Of a stretch of DNA of 64,000 bases, positions 63,982-64,000 are shown in pieces. The position numbers were made by a program, and so were the translations under genes. A model generated the notes under the pieces. That model searched no databases, was not told where the DNA came from, and saw only the letters and a list, made by a program, of their open reading frames with translations. Source of the DNA: Saccostrea cucullata (taxonomy: Eukaryota); assembly GCF_032062105.1 (NCBI RefSeq), contig NW_026939106.1:62001-126000 (forward strand), written 5' to 3'. Position 1 is the stretch's first letter; the number at the start of each line of letters is the position of its first letter.

Positions 63982-64000
63982 TTTTTATTATTGATTGAAA

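Overview
AT-rich, intron-containing animal DNA. The repeat content (Helentron-type elements carrying a ~166-bp satellite, tRNA-derived SINEs with (AATC)n tails, Penelope-like relics) suggests a bivalve, probably an oyster; this is inference. Three genes are supported. (1) The first coding exon of cyclophilin B/PPIB (minus strand, runs off the left edge). (2) A complete 25-exon ADAMTS7/12-like metalloprotease (plus strand, 20912-35126, ~1464-1474 aa), assembled by hand with GT-AG junctions and consistent phases. (3) A two-coding-exon OHCU decarboxylase/URAD (minus strand, 41560-36486), convergent with ADAMTS. The rest is non-autonomous transposons, several nested. The most unusual structure is at 1.3-4.0 kb: five small DNA transposons with 9-bp target-site duplications (AcademH-like). 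Two independent pairs sit exactly 17 bp apart with TSDs sharing one base, their TIRs contain internal palindromes, and two 72-73-bp copies look like solo-hairpin recombination products. No CRISPR, rRNA or bona fide tRNA genes were seen. All coordinates were read by eye; no database search was run.
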